Positions 9,306 to 19,246 of a stretch of 64,000 nucleotides of DNA are shown here, piece by piece. The notes under the pieces are model-generated. The model was not told the origin of the DNA. It ran no database searches and saw only the letters and a list, made by a program, of their open reading frames with translations. Every line of letters begins with the position of its first letter. The stretch's first letter is position 1. This DNA is from Candidatus Bathyarchaeota archaeon (lineage in GTDB: Archaea > Thermoproteota > Bathyarchaeia > Bathyarchaeales > Bathycorpusculaceae). The position numbers were made by a program, and so were the translations under genes. The stretch spans positions 96,001 through 160,000 of the forward strand of contig CAWGYA010000006.1 in NCBI GenBank assembly GCA_963826715.1, written 5' to 3'.

Positions 9306-9962
9306 TTAATACTCGGGTTGTTGACTTTTGACTATTACCCTCCTTCCGTGGCTAATTGGCTCTTCAAAATCCCAGTTAGACCACTGAGGGTCAATTTCCT
9401 TCCATTCTTCGCTCATAGGTTTTCCTGCTTTTTTCAGTAAATCAAAAAGTCTGATTGAAAGACTTCTCGTGATAAATAAACAATAAATCGCTTCGCGGGT
9501 AGAAAACGTTCTTTCATCCAATCTTGTTGGCAAGAATGGGTCTCCAGACATATGTTTAGTTCGACGGTATATGTTGTTAAACTCAAGAAGATGCTCAGAT
9601 AATTCAGATTGATTAATTTTCACCAAGTAATGTGATAAATCTCCGAGTGGTCGATTACGCAAGTTGAGTAAATATGCCAAAAGACCTTCAAGATGGTTTC
9701 CCATCATGAAAATCATGTATCTAGGGCTTCTAAAGAACTCATGAGGATGGTTAAGATAATAGATAGTTCGATAAACAAAAACAGGGTTGCGCGTATAAAG
9801 ATAGTTTCCTTCCACTATCCAAAACACAGGAAATATTTGTTCAAGCAGAGCCCAAGCCTTAAACATGTTATCATTTTCTATTAAAAAATCAAGTCTTTCT
9901 GCAACAGCTATTTCATCTTTATCCAATAGCGAATTAACAAGCGCTTCTATTTGGTTTTGCAT
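9306..9962 (-). CDS. Hypothetical helical protein, possibly HEPN-like
   Basis: Probable start MQNQ at 9962; HLEGLL..PLGDL..FNNIYRRTKH pattern. Confidence 0.55.
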   Translation of the reverse strand: MQNQIEALVNSLLDKDEIAVAERLDFLIENDNMFKAWALLEQIFPVFWIVEGNYLYTRNPVFVYRTIYYLNHPHEFFRSPRYMIFMMGNHLEGLLAYLLNLRNRPLGDLSHYLVKINQSELSEHLLEFNNIYRRTKHMSGDPFLPTRLDERTFSTREAIYCLFITRSLSIRLFDLLKKAGKPMSEEWKEIDPQWSNWDFEEPISHGRRVIVKSQQPEY

Positions 9963-10057
9963 CTTGTTATAAATGATTTTGCTTCCATAAAAACAATGGG
10001 AGTGTGAATTTGGCTTAAATTTAAAAGCGAAGAGACAAGCATATGCATTGATGAAAA

Positions 10058-10327
10058 ATGCCTGTCGATGAGGTTTCTGCATCTCCACCAACCGAACCAA
10101 AGAAAGTAAGCTTAAATGCAGTATTCTCTGCAATATCAAACCCGCTAAAAGTAATTCTTACTGAATCTGCAACCGTTATAGAGCATCCCAGCACGAAGGG
10201 CGATGCTAGTGAGTTTCAATGGGTCAAATGGTTGAAAACTTATCTTCCAAAGAGGTACTCAGCCGATAAAGGGTTCGTTATTGACTCAAGTGGAAGTTTA
10301 AGTGAACAGCAAGACATAATTATTTAG
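10058..10327 (+). pseudogene. nucC: 3'-truncated NucC/DUF6602-family endonuclease
   Basis: HPSTKGDASEFQWVKWLKTYLPKRYSADKGFVIDSSGSLSEQQDIII matches the NucC N-terminus; the ORF stops before the ExK motif. Confidence 0.75.
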
Positions 10328-10384
10328 TTAAGAAACCTTTTTACTAAATCTACTAATTATTAGGCCTACATTGATTTAGGTTTT

Positions 10385-10816
10385 TTATAAACCGCCTTTT
10401 CTCCATGTTTTAACTGTTTCAAAACAGAAGGCTACTGCACAAAAAAGGGTAACGCCAACAAAAAAGACATAGTCTTGAGTTAAGAAGGCTGGCTGAAAAT
10501 ATGTTAGCTCTATTGCAAGAGCAAAAAAGGCGAAAATTGAGTAAAATAGGAATCTTGGTATTAGAAAACGGCTAACTCTAATACAGTTCTCTAACAAGTT
10601 TTTGGTGATTGTATATTCACCGTTTGTTTTTTTAATAAGATCAATTTCCTCAAGCTTTGAGAGATGGTAAACTGCCAAAGATGGGCTGCTAAGATTTAGG
10701 GCTCTTTGAACTTCTCTTGCACCAACTGCCTTATTGTTCTTAATCATGAAACGATAAACTTCTAATGTGGTGCCTTTGAGCTTGTCTTGCGCTTGTTCAC
10801 TAACCAATACTGCCAT
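10385..10816 (-). CDS. Membrane-tethered winged-HTH regulator (2 C-terminal TM helices), paralog A
   Basis: LKGTTLEVYRF..GAREVQRALNLSSPSLAVYHLSKLE followed by two hydrophobic helices; paralog at 48593. Confidence 0.85.
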   Translation of the reverse strand: MAVLVSEQAQDKLKGTTLEVYRFMIKNNKAVGAREVQRALNLSSPSLAVYHLSKLEEIDLIKKTNGEYTITKNLLENCIRVSRFLIPRFLFYSIFAFFALAIELTYFQPAFLTQDYVFFVGVTLFCAVAFCFETVKTWRKGGL

Positions 10817-10861
10817 CCTCTTAACACCTAAGTGCTAAAAAGCTTGATTTAAGAGCTTTCA

Positions 10862-10889
10862 TGTTCTACATTCTTGAACACCTGTTCAA
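10862..10889 (+). promoter_or_regulatory. Tripartite operator TGTTCTA-N5-TTGAACA-N2-TGTTCAA
   Basis: Lies between the divergent regulator and secreted gene; same geometry as the sites at 45957 and 48500. Confidence 0.6.
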
Positions 10890-10935
10890 AATAATAGCAT
10901 TAAGTAGCTAACCTTGCCCTGTAGTAACTAAAAAA

Positions 10936-11763
10936 TTGAGGCGTGAAAATATGAGCGAACAAAAATCAAAAATATTCATGGTAATAATAATGGGGGTTGT
11001 TTCAGTTCTTCTAATAGCAGCAGTAAGTATCACATTTCCCGCAAGAGCTTTTATTCCTCTTGATATTGATTTTAAAGTTGGCGAAAAAATGGTTTATGAT
11101 AGCACACAAACAAGTGTATACTTTGGAGAAAATTCATCACAATCATCTTTATCAAATGTTGATTCTACAAAAGAAATAGTAGAAGTCACAGACTTTGACG
11201 GGCAAAGCTATACCTTAAATCATACTGTTCAGGATTTGAATCAAAGCATAAGAACCCTATTTACAGAAACATTGAGCACAACTGGTGCCTCTATTTTGCA
11301 TATCAAAATGGGAGATGATACCGTTAATGGAAGCGGGGGAAGGTATGCCTTTGTTCCTAACGTGTTAGAACTATTGACAAAGGAACCTCAAGCTAGAGTA
11401 GCTGATAGCTGGCGTATTGCATATGAATCTTCTAGCTCCGAATCGAGCGGTGATTTGATAATTACTTTCTATGGACTTGAAAACCTAACAGTGCCGGCAG
11501 GCACCTATAATGTGTTCAAAGTTGGAATTAAAAGTGATAACATTATACATCACAATGCTGTTTCGGTAAACGGCTTTGAAGCCAATATCGCTGAAGACTT
11601 TAACATCCAAATTTACTTTGAATATGGGTCATTACGACAGATTAAGTATAGCGCGCAAGGTTCTATCTCTATCGAGCCATCCATTGAGGATCAATCATTT
11701 CTGAGTAGGATACCCCGGGCTATCCAACAGGAAATGGTTTTGATAGAGGACATAAAACCTTAA
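10936..11763 (+). CDS. Secreted/anchored hypothetical protein
   Basis: N-terminal TM; ENLTVPAGTYNVFKV motif typical of DUF3108-like beta-rich proteins. Confidence 0.75.
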   Translation: MRRENMSEQKSKIFMVIIMGVVSVLLIAAVSITFPARAFIPLDIDFKVGEKMVYDSTQTSVYFGENSSQSSLSNVDSTKEIVEVTDFDGQSYTLNHTVQDLNQSIRTLFTETLSTTGASILHIKMGDDTVNGSGGRYAFVPNVLELLTKEPQARVADSWRIAYESSSSESSGDLIITFYGLENLTVPAGTYNVFKVGIKSDNIIHHNAVSVNGFEANIAEDFNIQIYFEYGSLRQIKYSAQGSISIEPSIEDQSFLSRIPRAIQQEMVLIEDIKP

Positions 11764-11770
11764 ACGAAAA

Positions 11771-13096
11771 GTGAATGGTATGAACAAGCAGAAAAAACAC
11801 AGAGGGCTAAAAACGAGCAAGAAACAAGCGTTAATTTCGAGTATTGCCATCCTATTTATTTTTCCACTTGTTACGGGTTTTCCGTTCCTTGTCGGATCTG
11901 TGGTCGCACAAAATCCATCAAACTATTACGTTACTGTGAGTTCAACAACATCAAACTTTCTCATGTATACACCTGTAGGAAGCGATTGGAATGTTTCATT
12001 TCAAGCACTATGGAGTTATGGAGGTAATTTGGGTCAACACATCAGTAATGCAACCGTCACTGTGCAAGTGTCTGGTTCAAAAAACGGAGCATTGACTGCT
12101 CTTCAACTCAATACTACCTCGGGGGTTTTTTCGTTTAATTACTCTTCATCAACAGCTGAAATCATAACTTTTACACCCACAAAATTGGTAACTCAAAATG
12201 GCACAGAATGGAAACCCACTCTTCTTGACTCAGGAAACAATATCTATGGTTTCCATTCTGAATCTGTTGTTGTATGGTGGGACACTTTTAATGTCTCTTT
12301 GGTTGACTCTAATACTGATACTCTAGGCAATGCCGGCGTCACCGTCAATGTTACTTACCTATTGCTACCAGAAGAAGGCTTAACCTTGCCCAGAGAGGCA
12401 ACTTATTCAAATCAAACGTTTCTGCTAAAAAATGTTCAAGGTGCAAACGTAGTTATCAACGGTGTTAACGCTCAAGAAATTCAACCCGGTCTATATTTTG
12501 CTAATGTATCTATCTGGTTACCCACAACATATGTTCACGTTGCTGTATCCCAGGAAGATTGGATTACAACCCACACTGGTTTTAGCTTTGCCCATCTATC
12601 CAATGAGTCTATTTGGATGTATACTATTTTGTTTAGTTCAATGTCTGGAGTTGCCATTCTGTTCGTCTTTGGGTTTATTTTTCGAAAAACAAGAAATAAT
12701 CCCCTGTTGTTTAGGCGTCAGAATTATCCGTTTTACGGCGGTGTTCTGATAGCGATCTGTTCGATTATTAGCTTTTATTGGGGGTTAGTTGGGATCGATG
12801 GATTTTTACATGGTTTTGATTGGATTTTTTTTGCAATATTGGGCATATTATCCTCTATTGTAGCAATTATTGGCGCTATAGTATCTCTACTAAGAAAACA
12901 TCAAGCATTAGCCATATTTGCACCAATTCTGCCGATTTTTTTAAATATGGCGGGTATAAACGTTTTTCTAGATAGTTATCAGTTATCAAGCCCTTGGTTA
13001 ATACTGATTGCTTCATTTGTCATGGCTTCGCTTAGCGGATTTTTAATTTGTAACTCGGACAAATATTTTGATGCTAAGCAAAATCCGGACAGCTAA
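11771..13096 (+). CDS. Membrane protein with extracellular Ig-like region and ~5 C-terminal TM helices
   Basis: 441-aa ORF with signal peptide, Ser/Thr-rich beta region and hydrophobic C-terminus. Confidence 0.75.
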   Translation: MNGMNKQKKHRGLKTSKKQALISSIAILFIFPLVTGFPFLVGSVVAQNPSNYYVTVSSTTSNFLMYTPVGSDWNVSFQALWSYGGNLGQHISNATVTVQVSGSKNGALTALQLNTTSGVFSFNYSSSTAEIITFTPTKLVTQNGTEWKPTLLDSGNNIYGFHSESVVVWWDTFNVSLVDSNTDTLGNAGVTVNVTYLLLPEEGLTLPREATYSNQTFLLKNVQGANVVINGVNAQEIQPGLYFANVSIWLPTTYVHVAVSQEDWITTHTGFSFAHLSNESIWMYTILFSSMSGVAILFVFGFIFRKTRNNPLLFRRQNYPFYGGVLIAICSIISFYWGLVGIDGFLHGFDWIFFAILGILSSIVAIIGAIVSLLRKHQALAIFAPILPIFLNMAGINVFLDSYQLSSPWLILIASFVMASLSGFLICNSDKYFDAKQNPDS

Positions 13097-13211
13097 AATG
13101 AATTGTTAATGTCGATGAACTAGCTGGGTTTAGATTTTGAATCCTCTTAGTTAGGCGTGAAAGTAAGAAAAAGAATAGGCTAAAAAAAAATAAAAAAAGG
13201 GGAGTGGGTTG

Positions 13212-13600
13212 TTATGGACAAATAAAAGCAACGTATAAGAAGTATGCATCAATCCACGATACTTCAAACCAGCCTGATGCCATGGCTGCAAATACAACGT
13301 CAACATCTAAGCTGTCACCGGATTGAACGTTAAGACCTGTAAAGGTAAACTGGTCTTCTGAAGTTATTCTTGATTTAGATTGCACACCTTGATAGTAGCC
13401 ATTTACATAGAGTTTGACTAACATCATCATCAAATTCAACAACAACCACTTCAACACCAACCCCAACTAACTCATTGGGCAATCCAGTTTCTGTGCCTTT
13501 GGATACATTGATTGTGGTTGTCGTAATCTTCTAGCTATAATTGCTGCTCTATCACTATTACTTTTTAGAAGGCAACGAAAAACCATCTCTCAAAGTAAAG
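13212..13600. pseudogene. Fused gene debris: minus-strand C-terminal fragment abutting a plus-strand surface-protein tail
   Basis: Plus strand ~13422-13600 reads SSSNSTTTTSTPTPTN..LIVVVVIF/LAIIAALSLLLFRRQRK with a frameshift; no 5' parts. Confidence 0.55.
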
Positions 13601-13833
13601 GATCTTTTCCAGCGATGCGGTGGGTTTGAACGGTTTGATTCTTTAGTTTGACCCCAAAGTAATATACAATCAGATAGCCTCCAATTGCCCCTATTACTTC
13701 TATTGGAAACCACGTCCAATCTAAATAGCCTTAAGACAAATAGAGTTGCGGATAAACACAAGCCCAAGTAGGAAGCAAAAATATGGAATTTAACCACATC
13801 TCTGCTTTGTTTGGGGAACTCTTTTTTGGACAC
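13592..13833 (-). pseudogene. Small 2-TM membrane protein with a frameshift
   Basis: ..SATLFVL continues in another frame as GYLDWTWFPIEVIGAIGGYLIVYYFGVKLK. Confidence 0.45.
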
Positions 13834-14558
13834 TACTTGAACTCCGCTCGTGTTTTCAAAATGAGGAAAATACTTAGTATCAGGGCTATAATCATTGGTA
13901 GTCCAAGAATCATGGCAAAAAGAATACCAGTAAACCCCGAGCCTGTAGTCGCATAGAAGGTTATTGTACTAGCAACAGCTGGAACTAATAATAAACCATT
14001 AACCAGAAGTGTAAAAGTATAGCGATTTCGTCTTATAGCAGAAATTCCAGCCCATAATCCAAGAGCAAACAGGGGAAATGCGAATGCCGCTATAATCAAC
14101 CAAGTAATTTCTCTAGGGTCACCCAATTGTACACCATCAAGAATATTCCTGCCAAAACCAGTCCCTCCCATGCCTAAAAAAAGGATAAACATGAAGCGAA
14201 GATTGTTAGAGTCCCTGCAAACACAAGAAAATGGGACCGTTTCTGTGTCTTCTTAGCTTTTTCTAGGTATTCTTCATAGCCATTTTCAAGGTGCTCCAGA
14301 CATTGAATAGAGTCCCCTCAAAGCTTTTTCTCCTAGAGGAGTTAAGATATACCTCCCTTGAGTATTCTTAGAAATTAAGCCCTCAAGTTGTCGTAGATGA
14401 TAATTCAGCGAGCCAGAATTAAGACCTGTTTCACCCAATATGTCACTATAAATTGCCCCATCTTTTGCAAGTTTAATTATTATTACAATTGTTCGTCTTT
14501 CTTTATTGTTTAGTCCTTGAAAAATTACCTCTTCGATATCGGGGTCGTAATCTTGCAT
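13833..14558 (-). pseudogene. ArsR-type wHTH regulator fused to a multi-TM domain, broken by two frameshifts
   Basis: wHTH (GLNSGSLNYHLRQL..YILTPLG) + shifted LENGYEEYLEKAKKTQKRSHFLVFAG + TM ORF 13833-14192. Confidence 0.65.
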
Positions 14559-14831
14559 GAGTAATTCCTAAGCTTGATTCATGAACTATATTGCTTAAAT
14601 CACTTTTGAGAATAGAACTTATGACAACAAATCTTTTCATTGACAAAGCAATTATTATCATATTGATTGGTCTTAAATTCCTCTACAATCTATCCTATTG
14701 GGCAATCAAAAATAGCTATAATGAAGAATCCGATAAGCAACTCATTGAGGATTCAAAGGAAGATTCAAAAGGTGACGGATTACGCCTATTCTATGACTCC
14801 CCTTATTCCCTGAAGAGATAGATGAAGACTG

Positions 14832-15260
14832 CTAACTACCTTTTCCTATGAGAGAGGGTATCGGGTGTCTGCCGTTCCCAATTTTGCTAAGCATTACTAT
14901 GCTTTCAAGGGAAAGAACTATACCTAAAAAACCTAAAACAATTGAATAAGTATGAAAATTGAACTCAGTCATATAAGGAAAAACAGGAAGTAAAGGAATA
15001 ACTAAAATAACCAGCCCAAAAAGGATTTGACCACTCAACCCGATAATAATTTGTTTTACTCTTTGGCTTATTCTTTGAATTGCAGAAATACCAATCATGT
15101 AAAGACCAAGAAAGATAAGAGGTAACCCCAACAGCAAATAAGGCTTAGAGTTACCAACAGATGTACCTGATAATGGCGTTCCAGTTAAAATAAGAAAAAT
15201 TCCCGTTAATATCAAAATCCAAAAAGTAAGCTTTTTTTCCTTTCTACTACTATTAGCCAT
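14832..15260 (-). CDS. Hypothetical 4-TM membrane protein
   Basis: 142-aa hydrophobic ORF with ATG start. Confidence 0.6.
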   Translation of the reverse strand: MANSSRKEKKLTFWILILTGIFLILTGTPLSGTSVGNSKPYLLLGLPLIFLGLYMIGISAIQRISQRVKQIIIGLSGQILFGLVILVIPLLPVFPYMTEFNFHTYSIVLGFLGIVLSLESIVMLSKIGNGRHPIPSLIGKGS

Positions 15261-15417
15261 TGATATCCAAATTAACTATTTTTTCACCAAATTAATACTT
15301 TGTTAAAGTATAGAGGTTAGGTATTAAGATAGCTAAATTTGGTTCTTGCTAGAAGGGATTTTGAGAAATCGAATGACCATAGCAACTAATAGCAGACATA
15401 CAAGACTTCCTATCTAT

Positions 15418-15506
15418 GAGGGGTAAGTTTTCTATCGTTTTTTACCCCTAATCCTATTATTTACTTTATTTTACGAGGGGTAACTTTTGCTACATTTTTT
15501 ACCCCT
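15418..15506. repeat. Two tandem inverted-repeat units AGGGGTAA-N15-TTACCCCT (57-bp period)
   Basis: Units at 15419-15449 and 15476-15506. Confidence 0.85.
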
Positions 15507-15804
15507 TGCTACTATATCTATATCCAAACCATCCTAAACCATAAGAACCATCCTTTACTTAGGTAACAACTGTAACAGTTTGGTTTGGTTTGGTTGGACT
15601 AGATTTTAATCCTCCAAATATCCGCCCTAAATATTTTTCATCAAGTTTCTAAGAAAGGCAAAGAGTTAGAATAGTCGCCCTTTTGTCTTAGAAAAGTCTT
15701 AGACTTTTGCAAATAACCTACAATATTTAATGTTACTGTAACTGTACAACCACAAAACTAAATATACTAAATTTTGTTCCCTTTAAACAAGCAACATAAA
15801 AATT

Positions 15805-16590
15805 TTGGTGAATAATAAAATGGTAAAATCAAAGATTTTTGTTTTAACTCTAATAGTTACACTATTAGCTTTAGCAACAGTTTGCTTTAGTGCACAGGCC
15901 CAAAGTCAAGCAACAGTAATAATTGCAGACTCCGTTGGCGGAACAACCGATCCAGCAGCTGGAACCGCAACTTATCCAGACGCAACACAATTAACTTTTA
16001 CAGCTACCCCTGACGATTCATTTGAATTCCAATATTGGGTGATTTCCACCTCTGATGGAAGCAGTTCTTCTCCTGAAAATCCTGTAACTATCCCTGTTTC
16101 TGGTGGAGTAACATATAATGTGCAAGCAATCTTCCAGGAAATCCAAGCTGTTCCAGGTCAAACTCTTCCTAATAATCTTGATACTGCAGCTATCGTTGTT
16201 ATCTTGCCTGGAAATGGTGGAACAACAAGTCCTGCACCAGGAACTTATGCTTTAGCCGACGCCAGCCAACTCATGCTTGTTGCAGCACCTTCAAGCGGCT
16301 GGCAATTTTCATATTGGGTAATTTCAGGCACTCCAATGAATCATGGAGCATACTCTTTTACAGCTACCCCAACCGATAACCCTTACACAGTAGACCATGG
16401 CTACGGAAACACCTACAGCTATCAACCAGTCTTTACTCCAATAGGCTCCGATATGCAAACTCCAACACCTACACCTGCAGGAACATCAACTGGCGGAATT
16501 TCGATGGAAACAGCTATAATAATTGGATTAGTGGTTGTAATAGTCATTATTCTGATTGCTTTCGGATTCTATGCTATGAAAAAGAAATAA
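15805..16590 (+). CDS. Surface protein with two InlB B-repeat-like domains and a C-terminal TM anchor
   Basis: Two GGTT.PA.GT..ATP...F.YWVIS repeats, TPTP linker, TM + KKK. Confidence 0.85.
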   Translation: MVNNKMVKSKIFVLTLIVTLLALATVCFSAQAQSQATVIIADSVGGTTDPAAGTATYPDATQLTFTATPDDSFEFQYWVISTSDGSSSSPENPVTIPVSGGVTYNVQAIFQEIQAVPGQTLPNNLDTAAIVVILPGNGGTTSPAPGTYALADASQLMLVAAPSSGWQFSYWVISGTPMNHGAYSFTATPTDNPYTVDHGYGNTYSYQPVFTPIGSDMQTPTPTPAGTSTGGISMETAIIIGLVVVIVIILIAFGFYAMKKK

Positions 16591-16918
16591 AAAGCCTTGA
16601 TTGCTTCTCTTTTTTTCTTAATCACATTTTGTATACCTCGGTAACAATACAATTTATATACGATTTTAAGTGAAGAAGAAAAATTCATTTTTCGCTAAAA
16701 GGTTACCCTAAATTCCCAAAAACTACTAGCGGTACTTATTTTTAGAAGCCTTGAACTTTTATTTCTTGCAGTAAGTGTAGGGCGGTTTTCGATGCTCTGG
16801 ATAATTATGGCGTTTGCCCTTGTCAGCTCTTGCTGTACTCCGCGTTTTTTGCGGGGCTTAAAACCTGAAACTAAAACATTGGAGCTAACCAACTTTTGAA
16901 AGTTACAAAAAGGAAAAT

Positions 16919-16973
16919 GGGGTTGCGGGTGAAATCACCAGATTTGCATGTTCAAACCCCGCCCTCAGCACCA
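16919..16973 (+). tRNA. Orphan 3' tRNA fragment (Leu-like) with a 21-nt insert in the T-loop; candidate att site
   Basis: GCGGG(16925)..CCCGC T-stem, CCTCAGC-A-CCA acceptor end; no 5' half nearby. Confidence 0.6.
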
Positions 16974-17494
16974 TCGAATACTTTTCAGATATTTTGGTAT
17001 GAGAATTTTGAATAAAGCTGTATACAAAATTGTCATGCGGACAAAATTGGTTAAAATTTGGTTTGCTAAGTTTGTTTACGTCTTCTATCAGACATTATTT
17101 AATATTTAAACCACTAAAGTCATGCCAAAAACTCAGACGAGTTATACATGGATTGTAACTCTAACTGACTAAAGTTTAATCAAATTAGCAATTTAATATA
17201 AAGTTAGTCAAAAATTATAGGAGTATTATTCGTTTCGTTGTGTCTCCTTGGATAATTTTAAGTTGTTTTCCAATTGGGAAAACAAAACCCGCGACTCTAA
17301 TGAGAATTCGACCATGTGTTGGGCAAGCGAAAATATTTTTCCAAAGCGAAAGTCAGCCTTTCGCATTTTTTTAAAGCTAAGTTTCTTTTGTTACCTTCAT
17401 GGAGATTTTGATGGTAGTTTTATCAACCACATACCATGAATTTGTTTTAAAAACTCTTATGTACTTGAGAAATCATACTGCAAAGTGATGCGTT

Positions 17495-17875
17495 ATGGAT
17501 ACCGACACAGAGACCAAAATCAAGCAGGACCTTCTATCTGAGATCCAAATCCTCGAGCAGAATTACAGTGTGCTTTCAGGTTTCATTTCAGGCACCGATA
17601 ATGACCCTGTCACCGTTGGCAATAGCATACAAGCCTTCAAAGACAGCCTAAGTCGTTCCAGCGCCTTTGTACTTGCCCTATACAACCTTAAGGGCAGACG
17701 TGTTAACATACCTTGGGAACCGCTTTTCACCAGCCTCGATTATGCGTTGGCGACAATCTCCGTTTCGACGACCATCAAGCAACGAGATGCCGTGAGAACG
17801 ATTTTGGCTATGTCGTGGGAGCAAATGAGACAAGTTCTCGCCTACTTTGAAGCTCTAAAAGAAACCCTGAAATAA
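17495..17875 (+). CDS. Hypothetical protein
   Basis: 126-aa helical ORF with ATG start. Confidence 0.7.
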   Translation: MDTDTETKIKQDLLSEIQILEQNYSVLSGFISGTDNDPVTVGNSIQAFKDSLSRSSAFVLALYNLKGRRVNIPWEPLFTSLDYALATISVSTTIKQRDAVRTILAMSWEQMRQVLAYFEALKETLK

Positions 17876-17935
17876 CCCTATTTCTGAATAAAGCATTCTT
17901 TATTTGGTAATAACTTTATTTAACAATCAAATCAG

Positions 17936-18304
17936 GTGCATAACATGGCCTATCTACGCGACGAAAATGAAAAGGTGGAGATAGACTACCCCATAGAGAA
18001 GATCTGGGCTACTATCCCTGCAGCAGTGAAGACACTTGGATGGACAATCGAGGAAAAAGACGACTGCGCATACAAACTAAAGATCAAAACTAAAAGCGGT
18101 TTCCTCTCTTATGGCAGTGTTATATCTCTGGAAACTAAATCGGTAGATGAGAAAACCACACGGATGACCTTAACAGCACAAACGCCAGTAACCACCATAA
18201 CATCAATGGCAGATTTTGGTAGAACACGTGACCGAATAGACATTTTCATAGAAGCATTAGCAAAACAGATAGACAAAGAAAAGAAAACAAAGAAGCCTAA
18301 ATAG
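17936..18304 (+). CDS. Hypothetical protein
   Basis: 122-aa ORF following 17495 on the same strand. Confidence 0.7.
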   Translation: MHNMAYLRDENEKVEIDYPIEKIWATIPAAVKTLGWTIEEKDDCAYKLKIKTKSGFLSYGSVISLETKSVDEKTTRMTLTAQTPVTTITSMADFGRTRDRIDIFIEALAKQIDKEKKTKKPK

Positions 18305-18307
18305 GTC

Positions 18308-19246
18308 CTACTCTGATATCTCCCAACGCTTAAACGCGAACAATGCGACTATCAGGAAAACCTCTATGTATAGAGCGGCGACGGCTATGGATCGCAAGGT
18401 TATGTTTCCTATTGATTCAGTATATAGCAACGTTGGCTGCGAAGTGAAGTTAAATAGGTCTCCGTGGTAAAAGCTAACTGTTGAATTGGGATAGAGAATT
18501 GATTTTATGATGTTACCACCTATACTGTCTGTCCCAGTTGATACTGACGAGAAAGTGTTGACAGTTACGTTTGCGATTGTTATGTTTTGTCCGCCAGGGA
18601 TGTTTAGGGTTCCCGATGCACCACTACCAGGAATATAGTTCAGTGCTCCAGGATCAGAGGATAACTGAGAAACTATTCCTCCACCGATTAGTAAGGCTAC
18701 AAACAAACCGAATGTGGTTAGGATGGCGAGCAGCGAGTTTTTTGAAATAGTACCTGCTGCTAAAACAACGCCTACCCAGATGAAAGTACCCAATAGATCA
18801 CCTAATAAGGCCAAAGGCGCCAAGTAGAGATCGTTTTGGGGACCGTAAACGAGTATACCGCCCACTGTGGTATAAGTGAATAGCACGCTGTAAGTAATCA
18901 GCAGTACTATGAAAATGGCGAAGAGTTTACCAAAGAAAACCATCGAACGCGACACTGGCTTAGTTAGTAATGGAACGATTGTGCCTTTTTCATATTCACC
19001 TGAAAGGCTATACATTGAAGTAACTATGGCAAAGAGGACAAACGTTATGCTTCCGGCACTGAAGGTTACTGCGAAATATGGATTTTGTTCGACACCGAAT
19101 GATGCGGGCAACGCGAGATTTATGGTAGCGAAGATAAATGCGAATATTAACGCACCTATGAACATTTTTTTGCGAATGTTCCAAAGCATCTCGTATCGGA
19201 CAATTGCCCAAAATCGTGTCAACCAGCTAGGATGTTGAGTTAACAC
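18308..19246 (-). CDS. ABC-2 type transporter permease
   Basis: SGEYEKGTIVPLLTKPVSR..FGK motif, multiple TM. Confidence 0.9.
   Translation of the reverse strand: MLTQHPSWLTRFWAIVRYEMLWNIRKKMFIGALIFAFIFATINLALPASFGVEQNPYFAVTFSAGSITFVLFAIVTSMYSLSGEYEKGTIVPLLTKPVSRSMVFFGKLFAIFIVLLITYSVLFTYTTVGGILVYGPQNDLYLAPLALLGDLLGTFIWVGVVLAAGTISKNSLLAILTTFGLFVALLIGGGIVSQLSSDPGALNYIPGSGASGTLNIPGGQNITIANVTVNTFSSVSTGTDSIGGNIIKSILYPNSTVSFYHGDLFNFTSQPTLLYTESIGNITLRSIAVAALYIEVFLIVALFAFKRWEISE

Noticed and set aside
14591-14821. 76-aa plus-strand ORF
   Set aside because: No recognisable motif and weak start; may be debris
8344-16973. Calling the islands prophages or autonomous IS/ICE elements
   Set aside because: No integrase, transposase, capsid or replication gene recognised; only indirect boundary evidence
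16695-17439. Short ORFs 16695-16892(-) and 17248-17439(+)
   Set aside because: No coding features in an AT-rich intergenic region
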